DNA of 63,068 nucleotides, filler included, from Reticulomyxa filosa (Eukaryota; Protista; Foraminifera), in the NCBI GenBank assembly GCA_000512085.1. It is 25 parts of 25 records of this genome, joined end to end, with 100 filler letters (N's around TTAATTAATTAA, not from the genome) between each part and the next. Parts side by side here need not be neighbours in the genome. Positions count along the whole stretch, not along the records: positions 61,790 to 63,068 come from ASPP01001279.1; 24 more parts are not named here. One strand, given 5' to 3'. Under the pieces are notes generated by a model that was not told the DNA's origin, searched no databases, and saw nothing but the letters and a program-made list of their open reading frames with translations. The translations under genes were made by a program, and so were the position numbers. This document shows positions 61,690 through 63,068 of the stretch, in pieces; within the stretch, counting starts at the first letter, position 1, and every line of letters starts with the position of its first letter.

Positions 61690-63068
61690 NNNNNNNNNNN
61701 NNNNNNNNNNNNNNNNNNNNNNNNNNNNNNNNNTTAATTAATTAANNNNNNNNNNNNNNNNNNNNNNNNNNNNNNNNNNNNNNNNNNNNTATATATATTT
61801 ATCAAAATATTTTTATCTGATTTCTTTTATTTGAAAGGGTTGTACCTTTCATTGCAGTATATTTATTGCTTATCAGTTTTTTTAAAGAAAGATTTCAAAC
61901 CAACTTTCTACTTTAAAATCTGTTACAAAACAAAAATGACATGCAAAAATTATCTTTTAAGAAAGTATATCATATCTATCCCCAAATTCGAATAGAACCT
62001 TTATGTGAACCATAACACAGACTGACATTATAACTATTGTCAGCTTTATTTTTGTTGTTCTTTTCTTTTTTTTTTAATGATAAAAATTGAAGAGAACATA
62101 TTCCATCATCATTTTCATTATCTCCTTCAATTACATACTTATTTGATCAAAAACGGTTGTATTGTCATCTGACATGAACTATTACATTTCACAAATTCAA
62201 TATTGTAAACAATTGAAATTAACACAAACTAGAGTGTATTACAAAATGACAAGTAAAATCAAACGCTAAGACTTTCGCGAATATTACTCATATTATATAT
62301 TTAATGTGAAAATCGATATTTACAAATGATTCTAATGAGATAAATATATAATTAGAGTTTAATATTCTTTCATATAATTGTGGAACATAAACGTAAATTT
62401 TGATCAGACCGTGATAGCACAAAGCATACAAATTCACTAAAGCAAACAGTAGCTCACAATTCAAAAGGGAACACAAAGTTGAGTTGGAATATATGAAAGT
62501 CGCATTTGGGGAGCCCCAGGGATTGGTAGACAACATACAACCTTTGTTTGCCTTATTATTTTTTTTTAGCCAAAAGGATAAAATTCAGCGCAAAAGGGAA
62601 GGGCCAAAATACATTCCACCAAACAAGTCTGGAAAAAATAAATGCTCATTAACATGCGCGGAGGCCGAAGACATATGCACGGAAATACGCGAGGAGTATT
62701 CGGCTTGAGTGGAACGACAAGGCCCCCTAAGACCCAACAAAGACCAAAAATGCTTCAATAATTTGTTTTTTTTAGTGCAACAGTTTTGTTTAATTTTGTA
62801 AGTGGAATAACTGAGAGTGCTTGGATTTATATTTTTGTAATTCGATTGATGTTCAATCTTCAAAGCATCTGACGTCGCCACTTGCTGTTGTCTCGAAGAG
62901 TCTGAGCAAAGTCACAAAGGGACTTTGCATCACCTCCGTGGAACTCAGAGCGAATCCAAGGCCAAAAAGTTTTTTTAAATTGATATAAAATTTTTTATAG
63001 TGGAGTGTGACTTCTACCTTTGTATGTTTTAGCAACGTTTTTCGTGCAATTCATTTTCGGGGGTTCGT

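Noticed and set aside
2768-61789. Regularly recurring palindromic TTAATTAATTAA as a CRISPR-like, telomere-addition or nanochromosome signal
   Set aside because: Always centred in exactly 44+44 Ns; it is an artificial six-frame-stop linker.
1-63068. Gene-neighbourhood or operon-like system spanning contigs (e.g. 7TM next to ART-Kelch, WD40 next to V-ATPase)
   Set aside because: These neighbours are separated by artificial spacers, so linkage is unsupported.
61790-63068. Short ORFs in the last contig (also 18438-18974)
   Set aside because: No recognisable motifs; may be exon fragments but cannot be called.

Overview
This window is not one locus. It is 25 short, unrelated contigs (about 1-7 kb) joined by 24 identical 100-bp artificial spacers (44 N + TTAATTAATTAA + 44 N), so adjacency across a spacer means nothing. 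Twenty-four contigs are AT-rich eukaryotic DNA with GT-AG introns and many microsatellites. The family mix (expanded Kelch, coiled-coil-WD40, RING/TRAF-like zinc finger-NACHT-HEAT genes, many pseudogenes) resembles a rhizarian/foraminiferan genome such as Reticulomyxa; this is recognition-based inference. One contig (47925-49230) is high-GC bacterial DNA. Recognisable genes: eIF3h, V-ATPase subunit a, a polycystin-2-type channel, a Dbl RhoGEF, a Sulfotransfer_2-type sulfotransferase, a multi-GAF class I phosphodiesterase, an RNF213/mysterin-like AAA+ ATPase, CAP-Gly, SAM, WD40, Kelch and 7TM-like proteins. There are also two LINE relics and decayed NACHT, SF1-helicase and probable NADPH-oxidase genes. 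The best candidate for an undescribed system is a modular, fast-turnover, innate-immunity-like toolkit: a toxin-type (R-S-E class) ADP-ribosyltransferase domain fused to a Kelch propeller, NLR-like genes with differing N-termini, and an RNF213 homologue. No database search was run; family calls rest on motifs read directly from the sequence.
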